A program made the position numbers and the translations under genes. A model generated the notes under the pieces. The model worked only from the letters and a program-made list of their open reading frames with translations. It did not search any database and was not told where the DNA came from. Shown in pieces: positions 1-13,165 of a DNA stretch of 64,000 bases (position 1 is the first letter of the stretch; the number at the start of each line of letters is the position of its first letter). Source of the stretch: Octopus bimaculoides (lineage: Eukaryota); NCBI RefSeq assembly GCF_001194135.2, contig NC_068984.1, positions 3,444,044 through 3,508,043 of the forward strand, written 5' to 3'.

Positions 1-299
1 CGTTCGTTTCACAAAAATTTTCATGGCTACAAGACGCCATCGTCTCAAAAAAAAATGGCTAGAAAGCCGAAATTGGTTTTTATATCCTGGAAATGTGCCA
101 CACAGGGCAGATTTCCGTCGCAAAAAACTTGCACCAGAGAGTCTACAAGTTGTTATACAACTTTGTATATAAAATAAATTTTACAAACAAACTTTTTAAA
201 ACATGAAAAAGGCAAAACTTACAGAGCCGACACGTCTACCGTCCGTCCATAGAGATAGATAGATAGATAGATAGATAGATGATAAGTTATTTCTTTATA

Positions 300-650
300 A
301 TGTTAAGTTTCGCATTTTCTTTATAAGACTTCTTACAGCTAGTTTGGGGGAAATTGTCTTCTTAAATTTGCATTTGCCATTTGCAGTTCTTCACATTTTC
401 AGTTTTTATAAATGAATGGATTCGTCGTTAACGTTGTTTCTTATTCATTTTTCATTCCATGTCGTTACCAGTCTCCTGTTAATTTGTTTTGTTATGAAAA
501 GGAAACTCTGACGGTCTCGAAACGTTGATTATGAATTTATGGAGCTTATTGTTCCAAACACGCTGTGAAAATCGAAAAAGAAAATACTAAAAGTTAGAAT
601 TAAAAATATACATAGAAGAACTATCGTGTTTAATGAAACATATTTGTGCT
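300..650 (+). mobile_element. Possible decayed Penelope-like pseudo-LTR / ORF start with a degenerate hammerhead-like motif at 494-530
   Basis: ATGAAAAG-GAAAC tctgacg GTCTC-GAAACGTT resembles the core-stemII-GAAA-ACGT layout of the clearer motifs at 44230 and 51870; downstream KKILKVRIKNIHRRTIVFNETYL loosely resembles PLE N-termini (recall). Confidence 0.3.
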
Positions 651-864
651 TATGTATGTCTATTCTATTGTTTTGATTATTATAAATCTTCCACTGAGAA
701 GGGAGCCGGTTTCCAACAAAGATACAAGGCTCCATCTATGTGTGTGTGTGTTGTGTTTATAATACTTTGTGGCGAGGGGGGGGGGCATTTGTCAAGTGGA
801 AGTACATGCACTGCTTGAATTTTATTTTACTTTATTTTATTGTATTTTTAAATCAAGACAGTGA

Positions 865-1030
865 ACTCGCAAAATCATTAGAACAGCGGTAAAATTGCTT
901 TATGCGATTTATTCTGGCTTTTTTTTTACGATTGGTGTTCAAATCCCGCAGAGGCCAACCTTGCCTTTCGTTCTTTCGGTTTCGGTTAAAATAAAGTATC
1001 AGTCTAATACCGGGGTTGATGTTAACCTCT
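865..1030 (+). mobile_element. Old, diverged SINE family B copy
   Basis: GTTCAAATCCCGCAGAGGCCAACCTTGCCTTTCGTTCTTTCGG matches the family B core seen at 4410-4622. Confidence 0.55.
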
Positions 1031-1753
1031 CCTCCTTTATTCTCCTCCTGTCCAATATCTATGCTTTATGACGTGTGTCTTTTGTTTGAATTACGATGAG
1101 GTTCTTGTGTGTAGTTTTATGTTGCGTGGTCAGTGTCTATAGATGCGTGTCAAGTTTGAATCGTTTTATAAATGAGAGTTAATATTCGGTGATTTTCAAC
1201 ATTTAACTTTTTGAATGTAGTTTCTAAGATATAAGAACTCTTCAACAAAAAAATATATATTAATACTCACGCGCACATATCTATATATTTTTAGACAATG
1301 CGACTTAAATTGCACGACAAATAAGCCGTATTTACAACGCCCTATGTATTCCTGTATATTTAAAGAGAGGCCTTGGGGAAGAGTTGTATTATTGTACTCG
1401 TAGCATTTGGTTGAAATCCCCAGTTGGATATGTGACAGAGTACAATATATAGGAAATAAAGCGAAACATGTGAGTTTGCTTATATAATATTTAGACACAA
1501 CATCTTACGCACGTTTCATTAACAAACAATTATTATTAGTTAATAATATACACTATATGATCAAACTGAACTATCAGTTTCTTCTTTTAACCAGTGATGG
1601 CTACTAGTACAGTAAAATTACGAATCAAAGTTACGCTTCTCTGCAAACATTTTTGTCATACCGTTTTCTTAAAATATTTAATCATTTTTTAGTTTAATAA
1701 AATCTTTTCTCAAACATTGTGACTGTATCAATAATTCTTCTTAAACTCTCACC

Positions 1754-1790
<37 letters not shown>

Positions 1791-2150
1791 TCACGCGCGC
1801 GCGCATGCATTGGGGCCAGTTTTTCTTTTTCTATGTTCAAGCTTTATCCATTTCAATTATATATTTTATATATTTTCTTAGTTTTACGGTTGGTCTGGAA
1901 CAGATTTCCTAAAGCCATATCCAAGTTTTCTAGACCTCAGATTCATTATCAAGAATTAAATTGAATGTATTTATCGTTTGTGTTGTCTCTTATATTTTGG
2001 TTGAATTCCTGTGGAAATCTATATAATTTCAATGTCAATGTGCATTGTTATATGCACATTGAGAAAGAAGCACATTGAGAAAGAAGGTTATTGGTAGAAT
2101 GATTTCAGAATACATAGAGAAAGAAATAAAATTGATGAGTTGGTTCATAG

Positions 2151-2191
<41 letters not shown>

Positions 2192-2206
2192 TCACATATG
2201 CATGTA

Positions 2207-2240
<34 letters not shown>

Positions 2241-2337
2241 CAAAATAAGCAACAGGATATCCAGAGGTAATGCAGTACGATCGTTTCAAGTGATTCATTT
2301 AATTGAACAATGCAATCATTACATCAATTTAAATTGA

Positions 2338-2995
2338 TGATAATCCCGAGGACAAAGAAATAAAAACCCACAATATGGTAGAAGCCATAAACACGCATAA
2401 TAAAAAGGAGTACTGGTGGAATGTGGCAGTGAAGACCTCAATAAAATGTAAGCAGAACAGACCTGATATAATGATTTTGGATAGAGAAGAGAAACTGCGC
2501 ACAGTTGTGGAAATTAGCTGTCTAGAGGATGTTAACATAAAGCTGAAGATCAGTGAAAAAGAGAGCACCGACACTGAACTACTGAGAAATATGCAGTTAC
2601 TCTATCCAGATTACAAGTTCAGGTTTATACCTGTAATTATTGGGGCCCTGGGATATGTAACACACTGCCTAAATACCAATTTTGAGAAATTAGGCTTCTC
2701 AAAACCAGAAAGGAGAAAGCTAATTCGAAGACTACAGATCCAATCCATCACTGGAACTGTAACAGTCTGTAAAACTTTTCAGAAGTTTATCATTTAGAAA
2801 TATATGAGCATGTCTAGACATGTAACTATATGCATGAGAATACATACATAAAACATACAAATTTGCACATACATACATACCCTATTGTTAATGTTGAAAT
2901 TCCATTGAAGGAACATTCGATCTAAGTTAGAAACCGGTTCTTTCTCTGTTAGCAAGAAGTCTTGAAATAAACTGAATAATGACATACATGAATGC
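2338..2995 (+). mobile_element. R4/Dong-clade RLE non-LTR retrotransposon, 5'-truncated (endonuclease C-terminus plus 3' UTR)
   Basis: ORF 2375-2797: WWNVAVKTSIKCKQNRPDIMILDREEKLRTVVEISC...FRFIPVIIGALG (PD..D RLE motif); near-identical to 23270-23935. Confidence 0.9.
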
Positions 2996-3892
2996 AACTC
3001 GTGCGGGGCTGAAATTCATTCTAAATTCTGAAATACAGTAATAGTGGCAGAAATCCAAATGATCTCTAAACAAGATAAAACGCAACTAATTACTTTAATA
3101 ATACCGATTTTGCGTATGAAAATACGCGTTCATCTATCACAAATTAAAGCAATTTAAAAAAGCATTCCGGTGATCTGATGAGCTAGCTTTCTTTATTTGC
3201 ATTAATGTAAAAGATAAATATTTTATTAGCATCAAATAATGCATGTTAAACCAGCTCCTGCTGGATTTAGTCTTGCAAAAGATGACAGAAGATGACAATG
3301 AAAGAAGTGTGTAGTTTGGTGCCCTGATCTTTGTTACAAAATAATTCATAAAGACACAGAAAACTTATTGAAAATGCTACAGACATGTAGCGAAAGAGTT
3401 GACAGCGCAGTTCATTAAATCACGGAGATACATTGAAGAGGTTACAGATGTGAATCGAAAGACTGACAAAGCAATTCATAAAAAAGTGAAATGCACGCTA
3501 ACACTGGTGTGACCTTATTATTGACGGAAAACCCATCATAAAGGCAGCAATAATTCTTAAATAACTTTATTATTTCTGCGTTTATTTACTTCGACAAAGA
3601 TGTCAGACATGAAACGAAGATGAAATCGATAACATGCAGCGTTTAATTAGCTTTTAGATGTATTAATGGAAGGAATTTCAACAAATTATTTTCTATTTTA
3701 GTGCGTACTTAAAACATCGTTTGTCATATGAATAAAGAAAACGATTTTATAGTTGTTGTTCGATTCATCTGCAAAATATGCATTTTTTTTCTTTTTTAGT
3801 TTAGCTGTTTACCTGAATCTTGTATCAATTAAAGATTAAAATACATCAAAAAAAAAAAAAATAGACAGGTTGAATCTTTTATGCTGTCAGTT

Positions 3893-4185
3893 GAGGCGCA
3901 ATGGCCCAGTGGTTAGGGCAGCGGACTCGCGGTCATAGGATCGCGGTTTCGATTCCCAGACCGGGCATTTTGAGTGTTTATTGAGCGAAAACACCTAAAG
4001 CTTTCTCTCACTCTTACTTCCTGTTTCTGTTGTGCCTGTAATTCAAATGGTCAGCCTTGTCACACTGTGTCACGTTGAATATCCCCGAATATCTCCACGT
4101 GTCTGTAGAGTGCTCAGCCACTTGCACGTTAATTTCACGAGCAGGCTGTTCCGTTGATCGGATCAGCTGGAACCCTCGAGTGCCA
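3893..4185 (+). mobile_element. tRNA-derived SINE, family A (internally deleted)
   Basis: A box TGGCCCAGTGG, B box GGTTTCGATTCCC; body and tail shared with 13459-13818, 40770-41217 and 55271-55650. Confidence 0.85.
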
Positions 4186-4409
4186 ACACACACATACCGT
4201 CATTAGTCCCCACCCAACAATGGTTCAATTAACTCTCCTATCGAAAATCGGGCTTTTCGGTCCCATAAGAAAAAAGCAATGAGTGTAAATGTCTTAACAT
4301 AAATAGAATCATTAGAAGATCTCCACCACAAAATAAGTCACAAGTGGAGGCTGTGAAAATATAAACAGGCTTACAAACACCATTGCAGATCATTCTAGAG
4401 ACATCTCTA

Positions 4410-4622
4410 AAGCGGCCAGCTGGCAGAAACGTTGGCACGCCGGGAAAAATGCTTAGCGGTATTTCGTCTGTCTTTGCCTTCTGAGTTCTAATTCCGCCGA
4501 GGTCGACTTTGCCTTTCATCCTTTCGGGGTCGATAATATAAGTAACAATTGCGTAGTGGAGTCGATCTAATCGACTGGCCCTCTCTCCAAAAATTTCAGG
4601 GCTTGTGCCTAGAGTAGAAAAG
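4410..4622 (+). mobile_element. SINE family B, full length, with 18-bp target-site duplication
   Basis: ATTCTAGAGACATCTCTA at 4392-4409 and 4623-4640; A-box-like TGGCAGAAACG, B-box-like GAGTTCTAATTCC, core GGTCGACTTTGCCTTTCATCCTTTCGGGGTCGAT. Confidence 0.9.
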
Positions 4623-5109
4623 ATTCTAGAGACATCTCTATTGCTAATGTTGGTTTCGTATTCTCAGTCATCAGATTGCAGCCATGTTGGGGTACGCCCT
4701 ATGACGACCTCAGCACTGTTTGTCTGACACTCATCTTAGAGTTCTCTATTTATCGAAATTAGATTTCAGGCATAAAGGAACGCAATTTCACACACCGATT
4801 CAAACCAATTGAAACACAGTCATGCATACATATCTACATTATATGGGTACACACATATACACAGACAAATGCGTGCATGTGTGTGTGTGTTAGTAAGAGA
4901 GAGAGAGAGAGAAAGAGAGACTGTATGTGTGTATGCATGTTTGTATGTATTTTTTATATTTAACATTTTATTCTTATTATTCTTATTATTCTTATTATTG
5001 CTATTTTATTACCATTCCTTCTTTTTACTCTTTTGTGGTTATTGTTGTTATTATTATACCCCTGAGTCTAATATAAAAACTACTATTACTACTACTATTA
5101 TTGCTGCTG

Positions 5110-5290
5110 TTGCTGCTGCAGCTAGTTCTACTGCACCGGTATCCAAGCATGTTCTGCTAACCTTGATGAATGAAGTTGCTAAGTTTAATGACATCTTTGG
5201 AATGGAAATCCTTTTAAACTGTTCTTTAACTGACAACACCATTCTGCTATCCAGCAGCGTTGATTGACAGGTTCTAGTCCCACCCACTTT
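5110..5290 (-). mobile_element. Possible Tc1-like transposase N-terminal (HTH) relic
   Basis: LDSRMVLSVKEQFKRISIPKMSLNLATSFIKVSRT resembles the Tc1 DRRIV..VK.NP..S..KL...L....VS pattern (recall only). Confidence 0.3.
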
Positions 5291-5519
5291 GCATTTCTCA
5301 GATGTTGGTAATTCTAATTGTTAATTTCACTTGTTGACGCTCTGTTGATTAATCAACATGTCACAGTTCGCTTGTTTATTGAGTCAACCTGACGAAATGA
5401 GAGTTGCGTAGCCTATTACGTAATCTTACGGACGTTGTGCATACTGCATACCTGGCTGTACTATGCTTACGTCACAATGAAGACTCCTCACGAAGCAACT
5501 GTAACAATAAAGGCGTGGG

Positions 5520-5716
5520 AAGCTGGTAAAGACGTGTGAAGTGCTTAGCGGTGTTTCGTCTGTCTCTACGTTCTGAGTTCAAATTCCGCCGAGGTCGACT
5601 TTGTCTTTTATGCTTTCGGGGTTGATAAATGAAGTACCAGTTGCGTACTGGGGTCGATCTAATCGACTGGTCCCTTCCCCAAAAATTTCAGGCCTTGTGC
5701 CTAGAGTAGAAAAGAA
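5520..5716 (+). mobile_element. SINE family B
   Basis: Close match to 4410-4622, including the tail GGCCTTGTGCCTAGAGTAGAAAAGA. Confidence 0.88.
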
Positions 5717-5973
5717 TTGTAGCAATACCAGACAACCCTTTCATCTGTTTTTTTTTCTCTGTGTGTGCCTCTGGTGCTTTCGTAAAGACCGTATTCTAAT
5801 CAGTCTGTGGAATTGGGTAAAACATCTCGACTAAAAAAAAAAAAANNNNNNNNNNNNNNNNNNNNNNNNNNNNNNNNNNNNNNNNNNNNNNNNNNCTCGA
5901 CTAAAAAAAAAAAACAAGCCAAAAAAATTAAATCTACGTGTAAAGTTGCTCAAGTTGGAGTTGTGTCAGTGTT

Positions 5974-6011
<38 letters not shown>

Positions 6012-6149
6012 TAATTTTATGTTGACAGACGCACAGACAAGTTCGAGTGAGACAGGTCGCCCAAAGAACTGAATTACAACCAAACTTCCTCTTCGACAGG
6101 AAACTAAAACCTCATCATTTAGGTCATACAGTGGGAGATGGAATCAATT

Positions 6150-7150
6150 GATTGCCGACTATAATGTGTAATTGTGTGTGTGTGTGTATGGTGTGGACGT
6201 AAGTGTATCTGCGGGTGGGTGACTGACTGTCCGTCTGTGCGTGCTATGTCCGGGTAGGTGTAAAAGAGAATGCATATGTATACATGAATGTGTATATGTG
6301 TATATCTGTAGTTGTGTGTCAATGAATGTGTGTGTGTATATATATATATATGTGTGTGTATATATATATATGTGTGTGTCTGTCTCTCTCCATTGCTGTG
6401 TGTGTGTGTATGTAGTGTCTAGCTGCGTTTGTAGATATTCGTGACACACATTCACATACATACACACACATACACACGCATACACACATGCAACTCGCCC
6501 AGACACTCCTACACACGCACTCACTGAGCGTCAGAGAGTGTGTGTTTCTTTTTAATAGCATCTGCGTATACGTTTGTGTGTCTATATGCAAGTGTGTTTG
6601 TGTGTATATGCTTTTGTGTATATGTTTGTGTGTATATGAATGCCTATATGTGTACGCTTTGGCTGTATGTGTTGGTGTAAATGTGTGCACGACTGTGTAT
6701 ACATGTAGGCGTATGTATGTGGTTCTGTGTGGCTGTGAGTGTGCCACTGTAGTTGTGTATATGGGTGAGCGCTGTGTGTTATGTACATCTGTGTGAGTGT
6801 TCTCCCTGTGTGGGTGTGTGACCCTATGTGGCTGGGCATGATTGTGTGTATGTGTGTATGTTTGTGTGTGTGAGTCTCTGTGTGTCTGTGTATATGTTTG
6901 TGTATGTGTGTGTGTGTGTGTGAAATGTATCTGAATGTGCATGTGTGTTTGTGTGATTGCGTGCACGTGAGTGTCTGCAAACGTAGACGTGTGAGGATGG
7001 TGTACGTGAGTATGTATGACGGGGTGGGGGCGTGAAAATATGTGTGAATATATGTGTGTGAGCATGTGGGTATGCTTGCGTGTATAAGTGAGCATGTATA
7101 TATGTGTGTATATGTAAAAGAGAGTTTGTATCTGTGCAAATCTGCGGGTG
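6150..7150. repeat. About 1 kb compound, degenerate (TG)n/(TATG)n microsatellite field
   Basis: Continuous alternating purine-pyrimidine sequence; source of the spurious His/Thr and Cys/Val ORFs. Confidence 0.95.
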
Positions 7151-7399
7151 TGGGTATCTTGTTTCAAGGTAAGACAAACAGGAGTTTCAGAAAATGGATT
7201 AAACTAAAGAGGTTATTATATGAAAGGAAACAAAAAATTGACTTCGAGCTCCCAAAACCTGAACCTCATTTCTTGATGCAACAGTTTCAGTGAATGTGTG
7301 GCGCTAATACTCTCCTCTCTCTTTGAGAGTCTTCCTAACAATAACAAAGAACATGTCTTCTGTGTCTTCTGAATAAATTAGAAGGATTTCTATTGGAAA

Positions 7400-8045
7400 T
7401 ATGGTAAATTGGAAGGAATAAGGATTCTTTTATGGAGTGCATGACTTGCTGGATATTCAGTGGTTGGACAAAATAATGGACACGCCACTTTTTATCTAAT
7501 GACACAGCTCAAACAAGCCTACAATCCTGACTGTTTCACACCCAGTGTTTGGTCCCATGTTCAACTGTTTCACATAGAGGTAGCTCTGAAATGATTTGGG
7601 CAGCCATATCAAAGAATTCTCTTGGCACTTTAGTTATTCTGCATGGCAAAGTTATTAGCACTGAGGATTATCTGAGTATTTTGGCTATGTCCATCTTATC
7701 GTAGAAACAGTGTTCCCTGACGGAAATGATAATGCATTGATTCACAAGAAGATGATGTGCCGATTCACACGGCTAATGTTATCCAGCACAAAAGTGAAAC
7801 AGACCACTTGCATCGGTTCCCATAATCACCAAATTTCAATATAATAGAACGTTTATGGTGCGTTAAGGAGCAGCAAGCGTGGGACCGCTTCTCTCCGTCA
7901 TCATCGCTGATAGTGCTAAAAATTGGTTTTACTTGGAAAATGGTTCAAAATTTTCTTAACTATCGTTCAGTACATCTCTGAGTCAATTCCTCGTTGTATT
8001 AAAGCAGTAACTGATGCCAAAGGTGGGTCAAGTCTGTAAGTTTTA
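7400..8045 (+). mobile_element. Decayed Tc1-family transposase (catalytic domain and C-terminus)
   Basis: Across stops and frameshifts: EMIWAAISKNSLGTLVILHGKV, QEDDVPIHTA (QDDNAPIHTA), P*SPNFNIIERLW (SPDLNIIEPLW), ESIPRCIKAVTDAKGG. Confidence 0.85.
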
Positions 8046-8076
8046 AATAATAATACTTCCATTTAACAAGCTGTTA

Positions 8077-8558
8077 ATACAATATTTGATACAATATTTG
8101 GAGTAGAGGTAATGAGACAATATTTGAAGCTGGGTAATGTAACAATATTTGGAGTGGGGGTAATGTAACAATATTTGGAGTGGGGGTAATGTAACAATAT
8201 TTAGAGTGGGGGTAATGATACAATATGTGGAGTAGGGGTAATGAGACAATATTTGGAGTAGGGGTAATGATACAATATTTGGGGTGGGGGTAATGATACA
8301 ATATTTGGAGTGGGGGTAATGAAACAATATTTGGAGTAAAGGTAATGAGACAATATTTGAAGCTGGGTAATGTAACAACATTTGGAGTGGGGGTAATGAT
8401 ACAATATTTGGAGTAGGAGTAATGATACAATATTTGGAGTGGGGGTAATGATACAATATTTGAAGCTAGGTAATGATACAATATTTGGAGTGGGGGTAAT
8501 GATACAATATGTGGAGTAGGAGTAATGATACAATATTTGGAGTGGGGGTAATGATACA
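8077..8558. repeat. 26-bp minisatellite, about 18 units, consensus GATACAATATTTGGAGTGGGGGTAAT
   Basis: Directly visible tandem units, with a recurring 25-bp variant GAGACAATATTTGAAGCTGGGTAAT. Confidence 0.95.
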
Positions 8559-10539
8559 AAACTATATTTATGTGGCCTTCAGTCGCAGTCCTGAAACTGG
8601 TTGTTTAATTCTTGCCTTCATCAAACCTTTCGATTGGTTATTGATCACACAAAGATGTTCCCTGCCATTTGCTTATCCTAATCTTCTTAAATGTATTTTA
8701 TAATACATTTCTTTAATCTTGTTTTCTCAACATTTACTTTGTTTACCTTTATTTCAATCTCATTGTTTTGTTTGTCAGCCATTTTGTAAACGAAGGATTG
8801 CTTCTCTATTTTAAGTTCCTTTACTATTTTTACTAATATATTGTTATTTTCTGCTATAGCTTTATAGAAACCAAGAGTGGTTGTCTTGTATTAATTCCTA
8901 AATTGTACAATTCTTCTTCCACGTTCTGCAGACAAAGAATCTCGCTTGTCTGAGTGATTGTCATTGTCATTTATCTCCTTCACTCATTATTCATATGTTT
9001 ACTTTTGATGAATCGATGATATTTAACATCGACACAAATTCAGAAATGCTGAGTGAAGGGAATAGGGTGGGTTGATTAAAATCTATTTTAATGTTAATTA
9101 AGGTTGTACAGTTGGATAAAAACGTGTAACTATTCGCTTCGCAAAAAGCTGTTCAGAGTTTGATTCCACCCTTAAATATTTGGTAAACGCCTTCTACCTT
9201 ACACTTGGTTCAACCCAATGAGAAGGAAAGTGTACGGAATCTTATCGAGTGGACTTTAGATGTCCAATAACAGAATCAATTCTGTTGAACACATTGAGAC
9301 GTGGTCTCCTGCTCCCGCCATCATTTAATGTCCAAAATAATTAAACGCTCTAAAATTCGATTATTCTAAAATATTAACCCTACCCCATCCACACTTCAAA
9401 TATCTGTGCGACATTATCATGTCTTGTATTCTTGAGAAAACCCATTGTTAGGCAACCGTCAACTACAGTATCAAACTTCCATTGTCTTTTTCTACGCCGC
9501 CATTTGTCTAAATAGAAACTCGGTGGTTCTTGGCTCTGAGGATGTTTTCTTATTAATTCTCTGGGATTCTTCTTGTACAGCAAAAATCAGATCTTCAAGA
9601 CTGAAGCTCTACATCCTGTGATAAAATTTAGATGCACATTATCACCAATCTCTTTATGAGAATGGCTAATGGGAGGGTATATGAATTATGGATGAGTATA
9701 TATCAAAATATGGGGTATGTATAAATGAAAACCGTCAATATATTTGGTGGGATTGGTGGTAGTGGTGGTGGGGTCTGACTAATTGTTTTCTTATATTTCA
9801 AAATATTATTCCTTTATGTATCCAAATCTCATATATGCATAAGTCTTACTTATTCCTCTTCTCATAATCTCTTCAGAAACAACAGTACCTCTCCATTAAT
9901 TACCTACTAAGCAAGAGTAGGGGAAGAATTCATTAAAATTATTTAATCCTCCCATTTATTTTGCTCTGTGTAGATTTTTGCTGTGTACGAGGAATTTTCT
10001 TATCTAAACTAACCTTTTTTCTTTTTATTCCATCTTATGATTTTCAAAAGACTTTTGTATTTTTTCTTTTTACTTGACAATACCTACTTTACACATTTCT
10101 CTATTTACCTGTTTCGTGATTATATACACCCATTGTCTTCCATTACCCACAATATTATTTCTTCTCAAGCTTTATTTTAATGTCTTCATAGATTCTTTGT
10201 ACTGCTTGTACAGCCAAAGACTCTATTTAACCATTATGCTGTGTTATCAGTTCCAACTTATCAAATAAGATGACTGTTTTTTGCTGGAGTAGCTTTAAAG
10301 ATCCATAAGGAGAAAACCGAGATTGTCCCGGAATGAGAAATCACATTGTAATCTATCTGTGGAGTTGTCATATTTGTATGCCACTTCCTGTAATCTTGTA
10401 ATCTTCAAACAATACCTACCAGAGCTAGCCCTTATGTTGACCAAACTCTTCGATTTCTATTTCTACAAGAATGTATTTGTAACAAAGTTATGGTGCTAAT
10501 GAGAGAAATCTAGTGATACTGCCAAATATCTTTCTACCA

Positions 10540-11945
10540 AACTCACTTCTAACATTTCAAAGGTTATAAAGACATCTGTTACCAACAACCATCTCCAACC
10601 CCTTGGATTCCTAACTCTTTCTCTCGTGGCCATCATTACTGCAAGGACTTCGAAAATCCAGATCTACTTTGATTGTTTTGTAGAACGCTTGCTTGAAATG
10701 GTGATTGTACCAGAATACGTCAAATAGGAAACCCTGGAAAAAGCGACGTACTGCTGTTGTATCGGCAGGAGTGGGTCCCTTTTTCCAAAGTCTCTTGCTG
10801 TATGTGGTTCTCGCTGAATTGACGAAGATATTCGACGAAATAAACCGATCAAAGCTGTAGTAAGAAATAAGTTTAGAAGTCTAGAAAAGATCAACCGTGT
10901 AATCGATTCCTTATACAATTGCATGAGAGGTAGAGTTACACAGTTGAACTCCCGATCCCTGCAGCCTGGCGTTATAATGAGACTCGAGTAAGACTCGGTG
11001 CTAGCATCTCCTTTATTTTTACTTAAATTATCAGATTTATGTTTGAAGAGATATTCTACAAGTCACCCGAAGATACATAGAGACAAAACCTGGCGGGAAC
11101 TTATTTAAAGTGTCACATCTCAAAACTAAGATCCTTACTACAAACATGTTAGTGAAAAAAATATTGTTTGTTGATAACTGTGTTCTTGTCTCATCTCTCC
11201 CCACAGTACAAAAGACACACATAACCTTTGTGGCTTTAGATGGAGGGGTTCAACCACAAAGGTCACCTTGAATATTAACATCTGGAAGACAAACTTTCTG
11301 TGTCAAGTTTTGACTTGAGTCAACTTGAACTCAACATCATCATCATCATCATCATTAAAACAACAGAAGCTGGTAGATACAAGTCTCTTTAACAATCTGA
11401 GCAGTAAAATTAACAGAGATGAGAGGTGAGGTGATGAACTAGATTCCAGGATAAATAAGGCTAGCTGAGTGTTCGGTGATTTAGAAGTAAAAGAACAAGA
11501 ATGTTACATTCCAATTAAAGTGCAAAGAATCCCGAACAATGATATTATCCGCCATACTGTATGGATCGATGGTATGGACTTTATACCACAAACACGTAAA
11601 AGAGAAAGCGACGTGGATGGATTGTGAGATACCTGAGACTTATCGTGGACAACACAAGGAAAGACAAAGTCGGGAGCACCATTAATGTAGAAAATGCCAA
11701 ACTCCCTAGATACTGGGTTAGCGATGACACATCCAAAGATTGGAGGAAATAAAGTTAACAAGAGAAATAGTCTACCAACATCTGACTAGCAGTGGGATTA
11801 ACCAGATTAGATCCCTGGCTGAGACACAAAAGTCTGGTGAGGCACAACTTGAGATTAAATATGGGTATCTGCAGTTGGATCAGAGTAGCACAGGAAAGAA
11901 ACAACCAGTGGAGGAGAGTGGCCCACTTTCTATATAAGCCTTGTG
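10540..11945 (+). mobile_element. Heavily decayed RTE (BovB-like) LINE, RT core to C-terminus
   Basis: INRVIDSLYNCMRGRV and DSVLASPLF (QGCVLAPTLF-like), ILFVDNCVLV (LFADDCAL), LNINIWKT (LTINIKKT), ILSAILYGSMVWTLY; many stops and frameshifts. Confidence 0.6.
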
Positions 11946-12079
11946 ACAATACATATAAAAAGGCATCGTTGGTATGAACGGACAATCTGTAGTGATGACG
12001 ACGGTGGAGTTCCTTAAAAAAGGGCGCGAATTAGAAAACATCATACGAAATTGGCGGCTCTTAACTCTGTTAAACATAA

Positions 12080-12205
12080 TATTAAGGATTTTGCCTTTCA
12101 TCCTTTCGGGAGTCGACAAAATGAATACCAGTTGGATACTGGGGTCGATGTATTCAACTTATTCCCTCCCTAAGAATCACTAACCTTGTGCTGAAATTTG
12201 AAACC
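12080..12205 (+). mobile_element. SINE family B, 3' part
   Basis: TTTGCCTTTCATCCTTTCGGGAGTCGAC...TACTGGGGTCGATG. Confidence 0.75.
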
Positions 12206-12779
12206 AGTACATATTTATATATTTATGCGCATACATATCAAATTTAAAACTTGTGGTTGTTCTTGTTTCCATATTCCGAGAATAAATTCCTCGTAATTGG
12301 GCCTCAGTAACCAACAGTCGACCTAAAAAGCATTACAAATCAAAGCCTAAAAGGAAACTAAATAACCGCTGCAGTGTAATTTTCTCAGTGCTCAACCCTT
12401 CCTAGCATCTCGCTGTATTTTCCTTGATCCAAACATTAATGTCATCAGACATAAAAGCTAAAAATGTAAATAGTTGGAGATAAACATCGGCAATTAGCAA
12501 ATAATTTTCTGTTGAAACACTTAACATTGCTTAATATTTACTAAACTGTTGAGATTATTGTTCGTAAAGATTATCAAATTGAAGTGACATATATATCAAA
12601 AAGTAATTAGATTACTTACTTAATGAATTGAGATTGACTTAAGTGCACAAACCAGGAAAAAACGAGACATGAAGTAGTGAGGGCCCTAGTTTCAAACCAA
12701 AGGGAGTTTCAGTGGCCTGGTTACCCTCAAAACCAAGTGAATAAAAATAATCGTGTGTGTGTATGCGTGCGTGTGTGTT

Positions 12780-12975
12780 TGTCTGCTAACACCGCTTGAC
12801 GACCGGTGTTGGTGTGTTTACGTCTCCGTAACTTGGCGGTCCGGCAAAAAAGACCGATGGAATAAGTACCAGACTTTGAAATAGATAAGTACGGGGTCGA
12901 TTCATTCGCTTAAAAACTTTTCAAAGCTGTACCCCAGCATGGCCGCAGTCGAATGACTGAAACAAGCAAATGACA
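12780..12975 (+). mobile_element. SINE family C, 3' half
   Basis: Matches 32470-32672: CTTGACGACCGGTGTTGGTGTG...CATGGCCGCAGTCGAATGACTGAAACAAG. Confidence 0.8.
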
Positions 12976-13084
12976 AAAGACCCAAGTTCGAAATATCTCA
13001 AGTACTGTCCTTTATACTCAAGTGGAGTTCATTTTCGTGGAGTCGTTAGCCTGACGGATAAATTACTTTGCAGATAGAATGCGA

Positions 13085-13165
13085 CTCTCTGCACACTGAG
13101 TTCAAATTCAGCTGGGGTTTACTTTGCCTTTCATCCTTTCCGGGTCGATAAAGTACTGGAGTCAA
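13085..13165 (+). mobile_element. SINE family B fragment
   Basis: CTGAGTTCAAATTC...TTTGCCTTTCATCCTTTCCGGGTCGATAAAGTAC. Confidence 0.7.

Noticed and set aside
2296-2333. 38-bp exact identity with 43808-43845
   Set aside because: Most simply two fragments of a common dispersed repeat; the flanks differ and there is no evidence of a special relationship.
3175-3191. CTGATGAGCTAGCTTTC
   Set aside because: TTTC instead of GAAA; the elements are in the wrong polarity for a hammerhead on either strand.
5826-5915. CTCGACTAAAAAAAAAAA duplicated on both sides of a gap
   Set aside because: Typical unmerged contig overlap at a homopolymer, not biology.
6119-7177. Long ORFs (up to 282 aa) rich in H/T or C/V
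   Set aside because: Translations of (CA/TG)n microsatellite fields, which lack stops in several frames; the same applies to similar ORFs near 2140, 14272, 32157, 40130 and 58099.
8043-8559. Repetitive ORFs YCIITPTPNIVSLPPLQILYHYPHSK and a CRISPR-like appearance
   Set aside because: Translation of a 26-bp tandem repeat cycling through frames; there are no unique spacers or cas genes, and the context is eukaryotic.
9360-10400. Possible very old Penelope GIY-YIG end and a decayed hammerhead (TAAAGA-TCC-ATAA-GGA-GAAA near 10295)
   Set aside because: The motifs are too degenerate to separate from chance by eye.
10664-11062. 132-codon open frame on the minus strand
   Set aside because: It is the antisense of the decayed RTE reverse transcriptase on the plus strand.
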